Position numbers and translations under genes: made by a program
Source: Octopus sinensis
Taxonomy: Eukaryota
Assembly (NCBI RefSeq): GCF_006345805.1
Contig: NC_042998.1
Location: 175,460,001-175,524,000 of the forward strand
Length of the DNA: 64,000 nucleotides
Reading direction: 5' to 3'
Notes under the pieces: model-generated
Databases searched by the model: none
Told to the model about the DNA's origin: nothing
Seen by the model: only the letters and a program-made list of their open reading frames with translations
Shown here: piece after piece, positions 36,895 to 50,372 of the stretch
Position numbering within the stretch: position 1 is the stretch's first letter
Layout of the letters: each line of letters begins with the position of its first letter

Positions 36895-37834
36895 GGCAAC
36901 ATATTACGTTGCCTGATGTTTCTAAACTTTTCCCGTTTCCACCCCGTCTGTTATCATTTGCCTCCCACATTTATTAAAAAAAGTGATAACGAAAAAAAAA
37001 AATTCTTAATTCGTCTGACAGATTGATTTTACTCAGACAGCTGCGCCGAAATCTGGTGCTATGCTTGTTACCGTTTTACTGTTGAAGAAAGTCATATTCC
37101 TTGCTATTTTTAGCCATCATCTCCTTCCCTTCCATACTCTTCTTCTTCGTTCCTTCCGTCTTTCAATCATTCTCTCATTCTGTCTCTTTCCCTCTTTTTT
37201 TCTCTTTCATTTACAACCACGCATAATCGATTGTTTCGTTCGCCCTGTTCTTAAAGGGTGATTTCGTTGTTGAATGCATTTCAAAAATGTCCAACGGAGC
37301 TTGTCCTAAAAGAGAGAAAGAGAGAGGGAGAGAGAGAATGTGCGTGTGTATGTACGTGTGCATCTGTGTGTGTGTTCTGTGTTAATCCTTCTGAAAATTG
37401 GAGATATAGTGAAGGAGACTTTCATGGTTCAATGCTTAGTTAAAGATGCTGTAAGACTTAAGAAAGTGACTGAATGAATTTTACTGAGATTTTTGCGGGG
37501 TTTTCTTTTAGTTATTGAACAAATGTTCTTCATTCTCTTTCAAATTGGATACCAAAACAACACACTCATATACACACTGGCTTCTTCCATCAAATTGATT
37601 TTTTAAAAATTGAAGTATAGGAATCAGTGAGTGTATTCTCTATAGAATGTGTGTGTGTGTGTGTGTACAAAAAGTTTTAAGATTTGAAATTTCACTGCTT
37701 CATTAATTCAAGTTTCATGCTGAGGGAAGGCAATCATTTAATGAAACTTGAATAATGAGATTAGCAAATTTCAAATCCTATCAGTGTGTGTGTATGTATG
37801 TGTGTGAGTGTGCGTGTGTGTATATAACAATATC

Positions 37835-38290
37835 GGTTTCAAATTTTGGTACAAGAACAGCAGTTTGTGGGTATGAGTTAAGTTGATTATATCAACCCCA
37901 GTGCTCAACTAGTACTTATTTTATTGACCCCAAAAGGATAGAAGGCAAAATGAACCCAGACAACATTTGAACTCAGATAGTAAAGACAGATGGAATATTG
38001 CTGGGCATTTTGTTCTTGGCCTTCTAATGATTCTGTCAGCTCACTACAACAATATTAAAGATTATGAAGGCGGCAAGCTGGCAGACACACTAGCACGCCG
38101 GGTGAAATGCTTAGCGGTATTTTGTCTGTCTTTATGTTCTGAGTTCAAATTCCACCAAGGTCGACTTCGCCGTTCATCTTTTCGGGGTCGATAAATTAAG
38201 TACCAGTTGCATACTGGGAGTCAATCTTATCGACTGGCCCCCCCTCGCCCCCAAAATTTTGGGCCTTGTGCCTAAAGTAGAAAAGAATAT
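37835..38290. mobile_element. Two family B SINEs head-to-head
   Basis: Diverged minus copy at ~37835-38045 and younger plus copy at 38069-38290. Confidence 0.8.
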
Positions 38291-38320
38291 TAAAGATTAT
38301 GAGCAGGAGTGGCTTATATA

Positions 38321-38716
38321 GGCGCAGGAGTGGCTGTGTGGTAAGTAGCTTGCTAACCAACCACATGGTTCCGGGTTCAGTCCCACTGCATGGCATCTTG
38401 GGCAAGTGTCTTCTGCTATAGCCCCGGGCTGACCAATGCCTTGTGAGTGGATTTGGTAGACGGAAACTGAAAGAAGCCTGTCGTATATATGTATATATAT
38501 ATGTATGTGTGTGTATGTGTTTGTCCCCATAGCATTGCTTGACAACTGATGCTGGTGTGTTTATGTCCCCGTCACTTAGCGGTTCAGCAAAAGAGACCGA
38601 TAGAATAAGTACTGGGCTTACAAAGAATAAGTCCCGGGGTCGATTTGCTTGGCTAAAGGTGGTGCTCCAGCATGGCCACAGTCAAATGACTGAAACATGT
38701 AAAAGAGTAAAAGAGA
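38321..38716 (+). mobile_element. tRNA-derived SINE, family A (full length)
   Basis: Highly similar to 91-517. Confidence 0.9.
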
Positions 38717-39472
38717 TGAATTGCAAAGATTTTCAATGTAAAATGACAGACATTACAAGCATCAATCTGAGACAGTAAAGAGCACAATGCTCACTGTTCC
38801 CTTGGTGGGATTGTTGCTCTTTTGCTAGTAAATCTTGCATATTTGTATCATTCTATCAAAACACTTAACTTGCCATTATGAAAACCAGTTTACAGGCATT
38901 GTGAGGTTTTGACTACCAAATCATTTCAAATTCTGTCCTGAAATTTATGTTATGGGAGCCAAATATTTAGAATTGATTGCATTTCTCAGTGAAAAGCAAT
39001 GAGTATGAAATATTTGGTATCAGTGTTAATGAAAGCTATTGCAGTTATAATAGAAATTCTAAAGTTTCTAAAATAAATAAATAGAGTTGCATAAGTTAAC
39101 AAGTTGAATATTTTATTCAGGTCTTGTTTTTGAAAAGCATATGTAAGAATATGGGAAAATAATTGCTTCAACTCTTCCCTATTTGTTCAGATTTAGAGGA
39201 ATGAAATGGTAAAAGTTAGGTTGGATTAATTTCATGCTAAAAATAGAGCACTGTTGCAAAGGCGCCAAATTTAGCTATCAAATAGCAAGATTATCTTTAT
39301 AAAAGTACATTTGTTTTCATTCTTAATTTTATACTGGTTATATAGAAAGCTTAAAAACGGAAATGACTATTATATTTTAGCTAATTTCTTTATTTCAACT
39401 GACAGTATATATATGTATATATGCGCATGTGCACACAAACACATGTATATGTACATATATTTACATCTATCT

Positions 39473-39504
<32 letters not shown>

Positions 39505-39600
39505 ATATGTATGTATATACATATATTTATACTATAAAATTAGATTTAATCCTAAATCTAATTTTTCCCTGTAAGTTTACTCCCTAATATTATTATTATT

Positions 39601-39638
<38 letters not shown>

Positions 39639-40461
39639 GTGCACATGCACACATATATATGTATATATACATATGTATATGTACATATATATATATATAA
39701 ATAGATACATAGATAAATATATGCGTATATATTAACTACTTTATGCTTTAGAATGTGCTTCTTTTCCAGATTTATGATACATCGACGATATATATATATT
39801 ATATATATATATATACATACACACACACATATACCCATGTATATGCATATGTACACACACACACACACACACACATATGTATGTGTATATGTGTAGGCCA
39901 AGTTCTTGGTTGGAATTGTGTAAGGCAGTAAGCAAATATAAAAGACTCCATTCAGTGAATGATTTCTACTTTTAGTATTTTTCTTATTTAAGAAAATGGA
40001 AAGCAAAGGAAAACCAATTAAGCCATCATTAATCCTCAGCACCTATTTTAGATCAATTTATAGAAGAGACACCCCTCCCCCATCGTTTCTAGTTTATGTC
40101 ATTCATATATTCACATATTCAGTATACCACCTACTGAAGTATATTGTACACCTAGAAATGGCTATGAATGTGTTATTTTGGGTATCTAATTTTAGCTTAA
40201 AGACTAGCTTGGAATTTAGATTTACATAAGGTGTATTAGGAATCAGTCTTTAAGTGTTTCCTGTAATAATTGGATGCTCTGCAAGTGCATGTGTGTATGG
40301 GTGTGCCTATACTCACATGTACACACAGTTTTTGTTATGTTTTTCTGCTACATTGGAAGGTGTTGTTCATAGAGAAGTTTCCTTGGCTATATCACCATAC
40401 TGTGATAAGAATTATATCTATTTGGTGTATGTTTATTATTTCAGTACATACTGGTCTTAAT

Positions 40462-40900
40462 GTGGCAAGCTGGCATTTTGTCTGTCTTTACATTTTAAGT
40501 TCAAATTCCCCCGAGGTTGACTTTACATTTCATCCTTTTGGTGGTGGTGGTGGCGGCGAGCTGGCAGAAGCGTTAGCACGCCGGGCGAAATGCGTAGCCG
40601 TATTTTGTCTGCTGTTACGTTCTGAGTTCAAATTCGGCTGAGGTCGACTTTACCTTTCATCCTTTCAGGGTCGATTAAATAAGTACCAGTTACGCACTGG
40701 GGTCGATGTAATTGATTTAATCCGTTTGTCTGTCCTTGTTTGTCCCCTCTGTGTTTAGCCCCTTGTGGGTAGTAAAGAAATAGGTAGTGGGGTGGGTGGG
40801 TTTGTCAATAAAATAAGTACCAGTTGTACACTGGGGTCAATGTAACTGACTTTCTTTCTCCCCTGAAATTACTGGCCTTGTGTCAAAATATGAAATCCAT
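40462..40900 (+). mobile_element. Young family B SINE (40552-40785) nested within an older family B SINE
   Basis: The old copy breaks after TTTCATCCTTTTGG and resumes at GTCAATAAAATAAGTACCAG. Confidence 0.8.
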
Positions 40901-41904
40901 GTTTACTGATCTTCAATTTTTTTTACCAACTTTCTATAGAAATTCATTCTTCAGTCATTGCATTCCTTCTTCACAAAATAAGCTTTGTGTTTCCATCCTT
41001 TTAATTAGTTATTTCAACTTTATGTATTAAACATAGTTGCTTTGTGTGCTTAATTTTATTTTGTAGTCTATGTTTTTTTAAAAAATTTTATGTCTTATTC
41101 TTTTATGCATCTGTTTAGAAAGTTTCACCCCTTTATTTCGGAATTTTAGGTAAACTTAGATAACATTTCTGAGATGGTTAAATTCAGTAAACTAGTTTTA
41201 TATTTTAATCTAAGCTTCCACGTGGAAAGAAAACAAAAAAATTAGAATAAACCCATATGAAAACAATATCAATATTCTTTCTTGAGTCTGAAAGAATTGC
41301 ATATTCTTTGATGGAATCAATATGTAAATGTTAGACTCCAGTCTGCATTATCTGTATTGTCCAACAATTTTGATCAATATATCTTATTTCTATTATTACT
41401 TGTTGCTCTTAGATTTTAAACTCCTCTTGAGGGCGATTTTATCAATTAATTGCTTGGGTAATCTCAAGTAATTGAAGTTTTTCAAATTACTATATTACAT
41501 ATGTGAAAGCTTAATGGATTTGCAAATGTCTGTTAACTCTTTCAAAACTTTGCTTTCTTTGAAAAGAAAATCAAAAGTTAAAAATAGAAAGCATTTATTA
41601 AATGGAGTATTTTTCATTAGCTAGAGTTTTAGACAATTTCAACCAAGAAGGAGCTGTTGACATTGTTAGTGTGTGGCCACATAAAAAGCACTCTGTAAAC
41701 TGGTTAGTGTTAGGAAAGGCATCCAGCCATAAAAACCATGCCAAAGGAGATACTGGAGCTTGATGCAGTCCTCTGGCTTGCCAATTTTTGTTAAAATGTC
41801 CAACCCATGCTAGCATGGAAAGCAGATTTTATATAAAGTTTTGTTATAAAGTTGTGTTATATAAAGTTTTAGTCCTCTCGGTTTTAAAGCGTTCCATGTA
41901 ATCA

Positions 41905-43185
41905 GTATAAAAATAAGAGTGAAATTCCAGGTGTGGAGCAAAAACCTGGAATCAAAGGACCTTAACAAAGACCAAGGTCCCAGTAAGCAAGAAAATGGAC
42001 AGGCCCCTACCGCATTCAGGTAAATGGCCCTGCTCAGTATGTAGGGAAAGGGTAGGCAGGAATTCTGTTCAGTGTACCCAGTACAATCTATGTACACACA
42101 AGAGGTGCAGTGGAATAATAGGAAGATTAATAAAGAAAGTAGTGTTTGTATGTGAAAGATGCACAGGAGCCAAAAAGTCTGCAGATACATGGGGATTTGA
42201 TTTTCTCAGCTGCCCTGGAGGCTCTCTAGATGTGGATAATTTCTGCTACCTATGTGACTTAATTAGCAGTGGGTAGAGGCACAGTGGCCCAGTGGTTAGG
42301 GCAGTGGACTCATGGTCGTAAGATCGCAGTTTTAATTCCCAGACTGGGCGTTGTGTTGTGAGTGTTTATTGAGTGCAAACACCTAAAGCTCTATGAGGCT
42401 CCGACAAGGGGTGGTGGCGAACCCTGCTGTACTCTTTCACCACAACTTTCTCTCACTCTTTCTTCCTGTTTCTGTTGTACCTGTATTTCAAAGGGTCAGC
42501 CTTGTCACACACTGTGTCATGCTGAATCTCCCTGAGAACTATGTTAAGGGTATACGTGTCTGTGGAGTACTCAGCCACTTGCACGTTAATTTCACAAGTA
42601 GGCTGTTCTGTTGATTGGATCAACTGGAACCCTCATTGTCGTAACTGATGGAGTGCCACAAATTAGCAGTGGAGGAGGATGTACTGAAAGTATAATTACT
42701 GGAATAAGTACTGGATGGAGAAAGATTAGAGATTTTTTACCTGTTGGCAACCAAAGATTTCTCTGAGTGAAAGGAAAATTGTGTGATGCATATGTATGAA
42801 CAGCAATGCTACATGACAGTGAAATGTAGGCTCTGATTGCAGAGAATATGCAAAGACTAGAGAGGAATAAAGCTAGTATGCTCTGCTGGATGTGTAATAT
42901 CAGTGTACATGTGTGACAGAACACTAGCATATTGAGAGAAGAATTAGGCATAAGAGGAATTAGATGTAGTGTGCAAGGGAGAAGACTACACTGGTTTGGT
43001 CATGTGACATGTATGGATGAGGACAGCTTCATAAAGAAGCACTGATCACTTAAAGTGAATGGAACTTGTTGAAATGAGAGACCCAGGAAGACATGGGACA
43101 AAGTGTTGAAAGCCTGTCTCAAGACACTGAGCCTCACAAAGGAGATGACAAAGGACCAAAATATCAGGTACCTTGCTGAATTGAT
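41905..43185 (+). mobile_element. RTE LINE fragment with a PHD finger in the RT C-terminal region
   Basis: SGKWPCSVCRERVGRNSVQCTQYNLCTHKRCSG...FVCERCTG followed by LDVDNFCYLCD, then RRLHWFGHV and RPRKTW; interrupted by a SINE. Confidence 0.85.
42273..42660 (+). mobile_element. tRNA-derived SINE, family C (tail type 2) with 12 bp TSD
   Basis: TSD AATTAGCAGTGG at 42261-42272 and 42661-42672; same head as 9505. Confidence 0.9.
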
Positions 43186-45234
43186 ATCCTAATTCCACTT
43201 TGGTAATGCTTGTCCATGAGGGGCTCTGCCCCTCCCCTCTTCCATCCTCTCTGCCTCATCAACCTTTTCCCCCAACATTTCATCCCTTAACACCCATCAC
43301 TTCTATCACCTGAGAGTAGAATAGGCACATACTACATTCCCTGCTTTCTCAGATACCTTTCTACCCTCACCCTAAATCACTTCTATTTCCTATTATCCCC
43401 CCCCCCACCTACTTTCTCCACCAGTTACCTCCTTTCTGTGCCTTCTTTCACTTGTGCTGTTCATTAACATCTCACTTATCTGCTATCACTATACTGTACC
43501 CCCACTTCCCTCAGCCTCTCCTATATTTCTCTCCATCATCTGTTACAGTCACCTTTATTCTGCCCATTCACCCAGCTCAAACCTCTATATCAGCTTACTT
43601 ATTCTCACTACCCTAATGTCCCTCAAGAGTATGTCCTGACATACCTTTGACATCGTCTCTCTCACTATTGCTCTCCTTACCTTACTCTCTGACTCTCCTT
43701 TCTTTTCCATCTGGAGTATCCATGTATCTACTCTACAGCAAGACATCTATCTGAAGAAACAGAGAAGAGTTGAAGAAATTATTTTCTCATATTCTTACTC
43801 ATGCTTTTTGAAAACATGACTAGAATTTCTATTCAGTTGATTATCTTAGATAATTCCCTGCTTTTAGAACGTTTAGAATGTCTCATGAGTGCAATTTTTC
43901 TGATTGATATATATTTTACACTTCTTGTTTATTATTGAGAAATGCCTTCAGTTTTAAATATTTGATTCCCTTAACATATTTTGGAACATAAAATGCTAAT
44001 ATTCTTGTTATGTAATGAGACCCTGTACATAATTAAAAATGACTTATTAGACTCATGTTAGAACCAAAGAATTATGTTTGAATATGTGAGGCCTAAGTCT
44101 TTACAATGTTGTTCGGGATTTACTTAGAAACTCTTTTTGTGGATATTAGCTTCAGTTACTTGACTGGAACATGGAAACATTATAAGTGCTAGGATATATT
44201 AGGTAACATATTATTGATCTTGTGTGTATCTTGTTTGTGACACAGAAGAATGCTGTATTTCTAGACTTCATGTGGTGTTGTAGTACTAAACCAAAAGTTC
44301 TAAAAGCCTGAATAAATATTTTAAATGCAGCCCCAAAAGCTGGTTAGGTTCATGATTCAGTGTTGATTAGCAAAAGCTGCTCAACAACAATTATTTCTTC
44401 CCAGTCTGTTGGGTTGAATAGTAGCTGTAGAAAACAAAACATGATAATGTGTGAACTTGAAAAATCAAACAATCTATGACTTATTCTGCAAATAAATGTA
44501 AAGAGGATAAAAAAAAAAAAGTGATTTCTGCTGTTGTCATTTGTAAAAGCCAGTTTGTTGAGAATTACATCTTACTTGTTTAACTGGTCATTATTTCTGG
44601 TGTCCACCCATTTATTTAACAGTATGTTTTATTGACATCATCCCATAAATTACATTTAGTGTAGTCTGGAGATAGTAAAACCATAATGTGGTTAGAGGAA
44701 TGATTCTAGAATCAGGTTGTCTAATAAAAGTTTAAGTGAGTGAATCAGCTTCCTTCTTGTAAATATTTCATCAAAGAAAATTTGTTAGTGAATATGTGTA
44801 GCGAGAGCTTATATAGGTTAAACAAGTATCTTTAAAATTGCAGTATCATGGTGGTTAAGGAGTTGGTGGCTGTTACAGCTTATGGCTTATGAATTCATAT
44901 CAAGTCAAAGTAACTATGCTGTGTTCACATTAATTTTTTTCTTTTTTTTTTCCTTTATGGCTTAGTCAGAATAGGAAGGTCAATGTCCATGACTCTTTTC
45001 AGAACCTCTGAGACTTTAGAAGGAAGTTATCTTCAGACTGGTGGCCTTCACCAAATACTTGCTTTGGAATGCATTCTTCTTAATGTGTCCAAGGACTGTG
45101 TTGGCATTACCTTGGGTGACAGACTGAGTCTCTGTCCCAAGAACAAGAATTGTCTCTATGAGAAGCATTTACTAGTTCCTTTCCCAAAGCTGTGGTAGAA
45201 GATATCTGCCAAGAATTTTGATGTATTGATAATG

Positions 45235-45466
45235 GGTGTGTTGTAAAATTGTTAGCTTCTCAACCATGTAACTGCAGGTTCTGTTCCGCTGCATGGCGCC
45301 TTAGGCCAGTGTCTTCTACTATAGCTTTGGACAAACAAAAGCCTTGTGTATAGATATGGTAGATGGAATTTAAAAAGCCCATTGTATATGTATTTATATA
45401 CATATCCTTTTTATAACCTTGCACTAGCACCATAGCTTTTTAATATCCTTTTTATAACCTTGCACT

Positions 45467-45501
<35 letters not shown>

Positions 45502-45808
45502 CACACACACACACACACACACACATGTACACACAAACACACATACACATGTGTCTCTGTGTGCATTTGTGTCCATTGTCTTGACATCATACACCAGTTG
45601 TAAACAAATATTGCTATTATACAAATGGTATTGTTTGTTTCTAGTTTTTCATGAAAACACATGTGACCATAGAGAAATGTTACTTTGTTTGGAAAGAAGT
45701 GAGGATTGGTGACAGGAAGGGCATCCAGTGACAGAAAATCTGCCTCACTGAATTCCACCTGACTCATGCAAACATGGAAAAGTAGACATTAAAGCAATGC
45801 TGATGATG
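45235..45808 (+). mobile_element. Old family A SINE head, microsatellite and diverged RTE 3' UTR
   Basis: GGCCAGTGTCTTCTACTATAGC head, then GACAGGAAGGGCATCCAG...CATGGAAAAGTAGACATTAAA. A similar composite appears inverted at ~57828-58250. Confidence 0.6.
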
Positions 45809-45839
45809 TTGGACTGAAATAAATCCATCTATTCATCTT

Positions 45840-46865
45840 CTCTGCTTACTATTCCTGGGAGGTTTGTTGGGATAGAGTCCTCAGGTACCGCTTCCATAGG
45901 GTCCTATTAGAAGCAGTCATCATTAGGTTTTCTGGCTGGATTCTCAATTATGACCAACTGAAACTATGGATGTTATCCAGCCATCTCATTCTTGGTCTGT
46001 TCTTGACTTTCCTGCTGTTTAGCTTGGTTTGAAGAAACCATTTTGCAATTTTTTCCTGCAACATTCTGATCAAATGTTCATAGTACTGGAGCTGTAACCT
46101 CTCAATGTAGACACGTTGCAGCTCTACCTAGAGAGACTCCATGATTTCCAAGCTAAACTCCCTGTCAAGTAATGTTATTGCAGAGATCCTTTGGAGGAAC
46201 CCCGTTTCAGCTTCTTATATTCATGATCATAGTCTTTTGTTCATTACTTAACTTTCATGACTGTTAGTGAGGACAGGCACAGAAACTAAATTGAAGATAG
46301 TGCATTTGGCCTTTTTATCTATTTCTCTTTTTCTGAGGATTGAATGATGGATGTGACACATTACTGTGTGAGCACCTACAATTTTAGCATCCAATTCGGC
46401 TTCCTACTTTCCATCACTTGTGAATATGGCAGGTCAGATGTAAATACCAGTTTGGCACCTGGCTCGAATAAGGCCTCAAAAAGCTTCAGTATAAAAAGGT
46501 TTCAAAAAGAACAACCATATCGCATTGTCCATAGTGTGAGTTAACAAGGGGTGTGTTCAGATCCTAGGTGAAGGGATTTGTTCAAAAAATATATTACAGT
46601 TTCCACTCAGTTCTGGTTCAACTGGCAATAATCTTGCAGCTTCTTCTGGGAGGTGTGGGGAGGAAGTTCAAATGATGTGACCCAGGACCATGAAATAGGT
46701 TCAGGAGGGGACAGCCATTAAATATTGGAAATTGGAATGTCACATCCCCTATGAGGAGAGAGCAGGAAGTAGTGGAGGAGACCAAACGTTACCAGTTGGA
46801 TATAGTCGGTGTCTCCTCTACAAGGTTCCATGGCTCTGGTAGGTTTGGTTGGAGGATGGAAACTC
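45840..46865. mobile_element. Decayed RTE-type fragments (minus-strand RT C-terminus; plus-strand endonuclease N-terminus)
   Basis: Plus strand near 46720: IGNWNVTSPMRREQEVVEETKRYQLDIVGVS (APE domain start). Minus strand 45900-46400 has degenerate RT-tail motifs. Confidence 0.55.
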
Positions 46866-47285
46866 CACTGAAATAATGTTTAGAATCATTAAAACTGTAG
46901 GTCTGAGAAAACACCTTTGATTATAATAAAATAGATCTTGTGGCAAAATGGTGACTAATGCATTTAGTTTTTGTGGCAGAGAAGTAAATGCTAAAGAATT
47001 CAACTTGTAAGTTGATAAATCTAGTTTGACAACAGTAAATTATAAGTCTACTTTGACAACAGAAGATGAACTAGAAAAATTTCTAATGACTTTGGATATA
47101 GAAAAAAAGAAGAGCAGCTTGTTTCTATTTCTGCAGTTCCAAACTAAAAATATTCTCTGTATAAATGTTAGTATGTCATTAATATATGAAAGAAGTTAGA
47201 AATATCAGCAAGAACACTGTTGTGAAGACATTCATATATCATTAATATCATTTAAATGCTACTCCTTAACTAATATTGTCAGAGA

Positions 47286-47461
47286 AGGCACAGGAGTGGC
47301 TGTGTGGTAAGTGTCTTGCTTACCAACCACATGGTTCCAGGTTCAGTCCCACTGTGTGGCACCTTGGGCAAGTGTCTTCTACTATAGCCTCGGGCTGACC
47401 AAAGCCTTGTAAGTGGATTTGGTAGACGGAAACTGAAAGAAGCCTGTTGTATATATATGTG

Positions 47462-47515
<54 letters not shown>

Positions 47516-47745
47516 TGTGTGTCTGTGTTTGTCCGCCCAACATCGCTTGACAACCGATGCTGGTGTGTTTATGTCCCTGTAACTTAGCATTTCAGCAAAA
47601 GAGACCGCTAAAATAAGTACTAGGCTTACAAAGAATAAGTCCTGGGGTCGATTTGCTCGACTAAAGGCAGTGCACCAGGATGGCTGCAGTCAAATGACCG
47701 AATTAAGTAAAAGAGTTAAAGAGTAAAAGAATAAAAGAAAGTAAA
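47286..47745 (+). mobile_element. tRNA-derived SINE, family A (full length)
   Basis: Highly similar to 91-517 and 38321-38716. Confidence 0.9.
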
Positions 47746-48339
47746 ACAATATTTGTATTTCTCACATCTGCGCATATTAAATACAAGAAACATAGCATTC
47801 TGGGTGTACAATTTATCAGTGTTTCATTTATTGATGGCAACAAAGAATTTCTTACAGTGATTGATTGGTCAATAATACTGTGATAGTTTCCATCAACATT
47901 GATAAGAGCAGTGAAACAAATAAGTTGAAATTAATGGTGATTCAGCAGAATGGATGGGTTAAAGAATTTATTGATTATGGAGAATAATATCTCATAGTTA
48001 ACTTTTGTCAGATAAATTTTTTTTTTTTTTTGTTATTATTACTGAGCTTATAGGAATTATGGCCTGTGAGATGGCTGAATGGATAGGTTATTGGCTATTG
48101 ATTTATGATTCCAAATTGTGTCACAGCCATTTCATTATCTTTGGGAGAGTAAAGGAAGTTACTTCTAATAACTTGTTTCACTTTAGTGCAGAGTGTATTT
48201 TAAGCCTTTTGCCTATAATAATGTCCTGCGTAGTTGCCAGATATTTGCTTCATCCACTTTTGGGATTCAGAAGAGGAATTAAGCAAAAGCTTATGAAGAC
48301 ATGCCATTTGTGTTCACCACTCCCAGCAACACCATCAAC

Positions 48340-49060
48340 CTCCTCCTCCTCGTCATCGTCCTCCTCGTCATCATCATCATCATCATCATTATTTTATGTA
48401 TGTTTTTACATGCTGATGTAAACTGGACTGTCCTCCCTCTTGTCAAGGTCTTTCATCATCTCTTTTTGTGAGGTTCAGTATCCTGATATTAGCCTCACCA
48501 CTTCTTGTATTCTTCAGTCTTTTCTTTTCCACAGGCTGCAGCCACATGGATTGTTTGGCACTTTTTCACCCAACTGTTATCCTTCATACACATTATACAT
48601 CTGTCCAAGTGCAGTCTTATCTCTTGCACATTACAGCTGATTCCACTCATTTCACAAGTGTTCTGTTCTTCAAGCACATTGACATTACATGTCCATCAGA
48701 GCATGCTTACCTTATTTCTTTGTAGCATCCACACATTCCCCACATTCAATTGCCCATGTCTCCTTACCATGCTGCATTGCATGTTGTACACAAGCATTAT
48801 ACCAATTACCCTTCACTTAGAGTAAGAAACCTTTTGTTGCCAAAGATGTAATACTTCATTGAAACCTTGCCTTATGCCCTTACTCTCCTGTTGATTATAT
48901 CACCTGGATAGCAGAAACTACCAACTACTTCCTGTGAACATTGTGAGCAGTTGAAATACTTCACACCTTTGGAGGTCTTATTGCTAACAACTCCTGTGCA
49001 TCTATTACTTATGGAGTTTTCGTCAGTTAGCCTCTGATCCCACTACATCTTTTGTGCTCA
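48340..49060 (-). mobile_element. Old decayed copy of the PHD-RTE family
   Basis: CNVQEIRLHLDRCIMCMKDNSWVKKCQTI parallels CGVQERRLRWYGHV...CVKKC; (CAT)n at the left end. Confidence 0.7.
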
Positions 49061-50154
49061 CAGGAAAATTTATCGGAATTGACAATGATGTTTCTTGCAT
49101 ATTCTTGACAAAAATATATTTACAGGTGTGTGACTTTGCTCACTGCTAACTATTCACCAACAAAGTAGGAGCAGAACTTGTTGTTAGTTAGGTACACTGA
49201 AAGAAGTAGAAATGGATGAACATAATAGCAGTAAAAGGATTTGAACATATGTTCAGAAGTTTAGTATACTTATCCCACAGCTGCTTTGCCTCCATTATTT
49301 AGCTTTCTTTCTTATTGAAATTCCACCTACACAACTTTGGAAAATCAATTACAATGAGGTAGAACAGGTTGTGTGTCAGCTGTCTGTTGTGAGTTTCTTC
49401 AAGCCAATCTCTTATCTACATTGTTCTAAAGACAAGAATAGTCAATAGAATCAAGTAAGAAACTGATATATTCTCGATACATTTGTTCCATTATCCATTT
49501 GGAATATTATATTTATTCAGAGAAATGGTGAAGATTAGATCTATAAAAAACAGAATAATAGTTGCTTTTTTTAGCATAGAAACATCATTTTGTAAGGAAA
49601 ATACGTTCCTTGACCTCAGTATAAAATTGATATTTTTACAACATGAGCAGAGCAAAGCACAAAAAAAAAAAAATACTCAGAAAGATTTAAATGTGGAACA
49701 AAGCGTTCCAGACTATTTGCAATATTTGCAAGGTCTTAGGTTTTAATTTCTTTGATAGTTTTATAGTTTAAGAAACTAAGAATAATAGCGCATAACTTTG
49801 AACTACTTCTGTTTCTGTAGCCATATTTGTCAAATAAAAAAAAAAAGTGCAAAAGATCCAGAATTTCTATGCGTGCACAAGCCTAGTCATTGCTCAATGC
49901 CAAGAGTTGCCATAATCTGGGTAGAAGCTTTGTGGATTCTGGAACAATCTTTTAAAAGTTGTAGTTAAAAGCAACTCTGAATTTGAAAACATTTTGTTTT
50001 AATCTCTGGACTGTAGCTTTTCCAGGTTATTACCAATTATTCCACTTCTGGCATTTATTTTATCGATCTTTATTTCTTGAACTGATAAGTTATGCTGTAA
50101 CACAAACTAACTCAACAGTTATTTATACTTCTCAATATTAATGCAGGCACATAA

Positions 50155-50372
50155 GGTGATGAGCCGGCAGAATTGTTAGCATGCCAGGCAAAATGCTTAG
50201 CAGTATTTTGTCTGTCTTTGCATTCTGAGTTCAAATTCTGCCAAGGTCGACTTTACCTCTCATCCTCTCGAGATTGATAAAATAAGCATCAGTTGAGCAC
50301 TGGAGTCAATGTAATTGACTAACTCTGTTTCCTGAACTTGCTGGCCTTTTTCCAAATTTGAATCCAATATTA
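50155..50372 (+). mobile_element. Family B SINE (diverged)
   Basis: GAGCCGGCAGAATTGTTAGC...TTCTGAGTTCAAATTC...GGTCGACTTT. Further copies at 58522-58735 (-), 61250-61425 (+) and ~63545-63765 (-). Confidence 0.8.
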
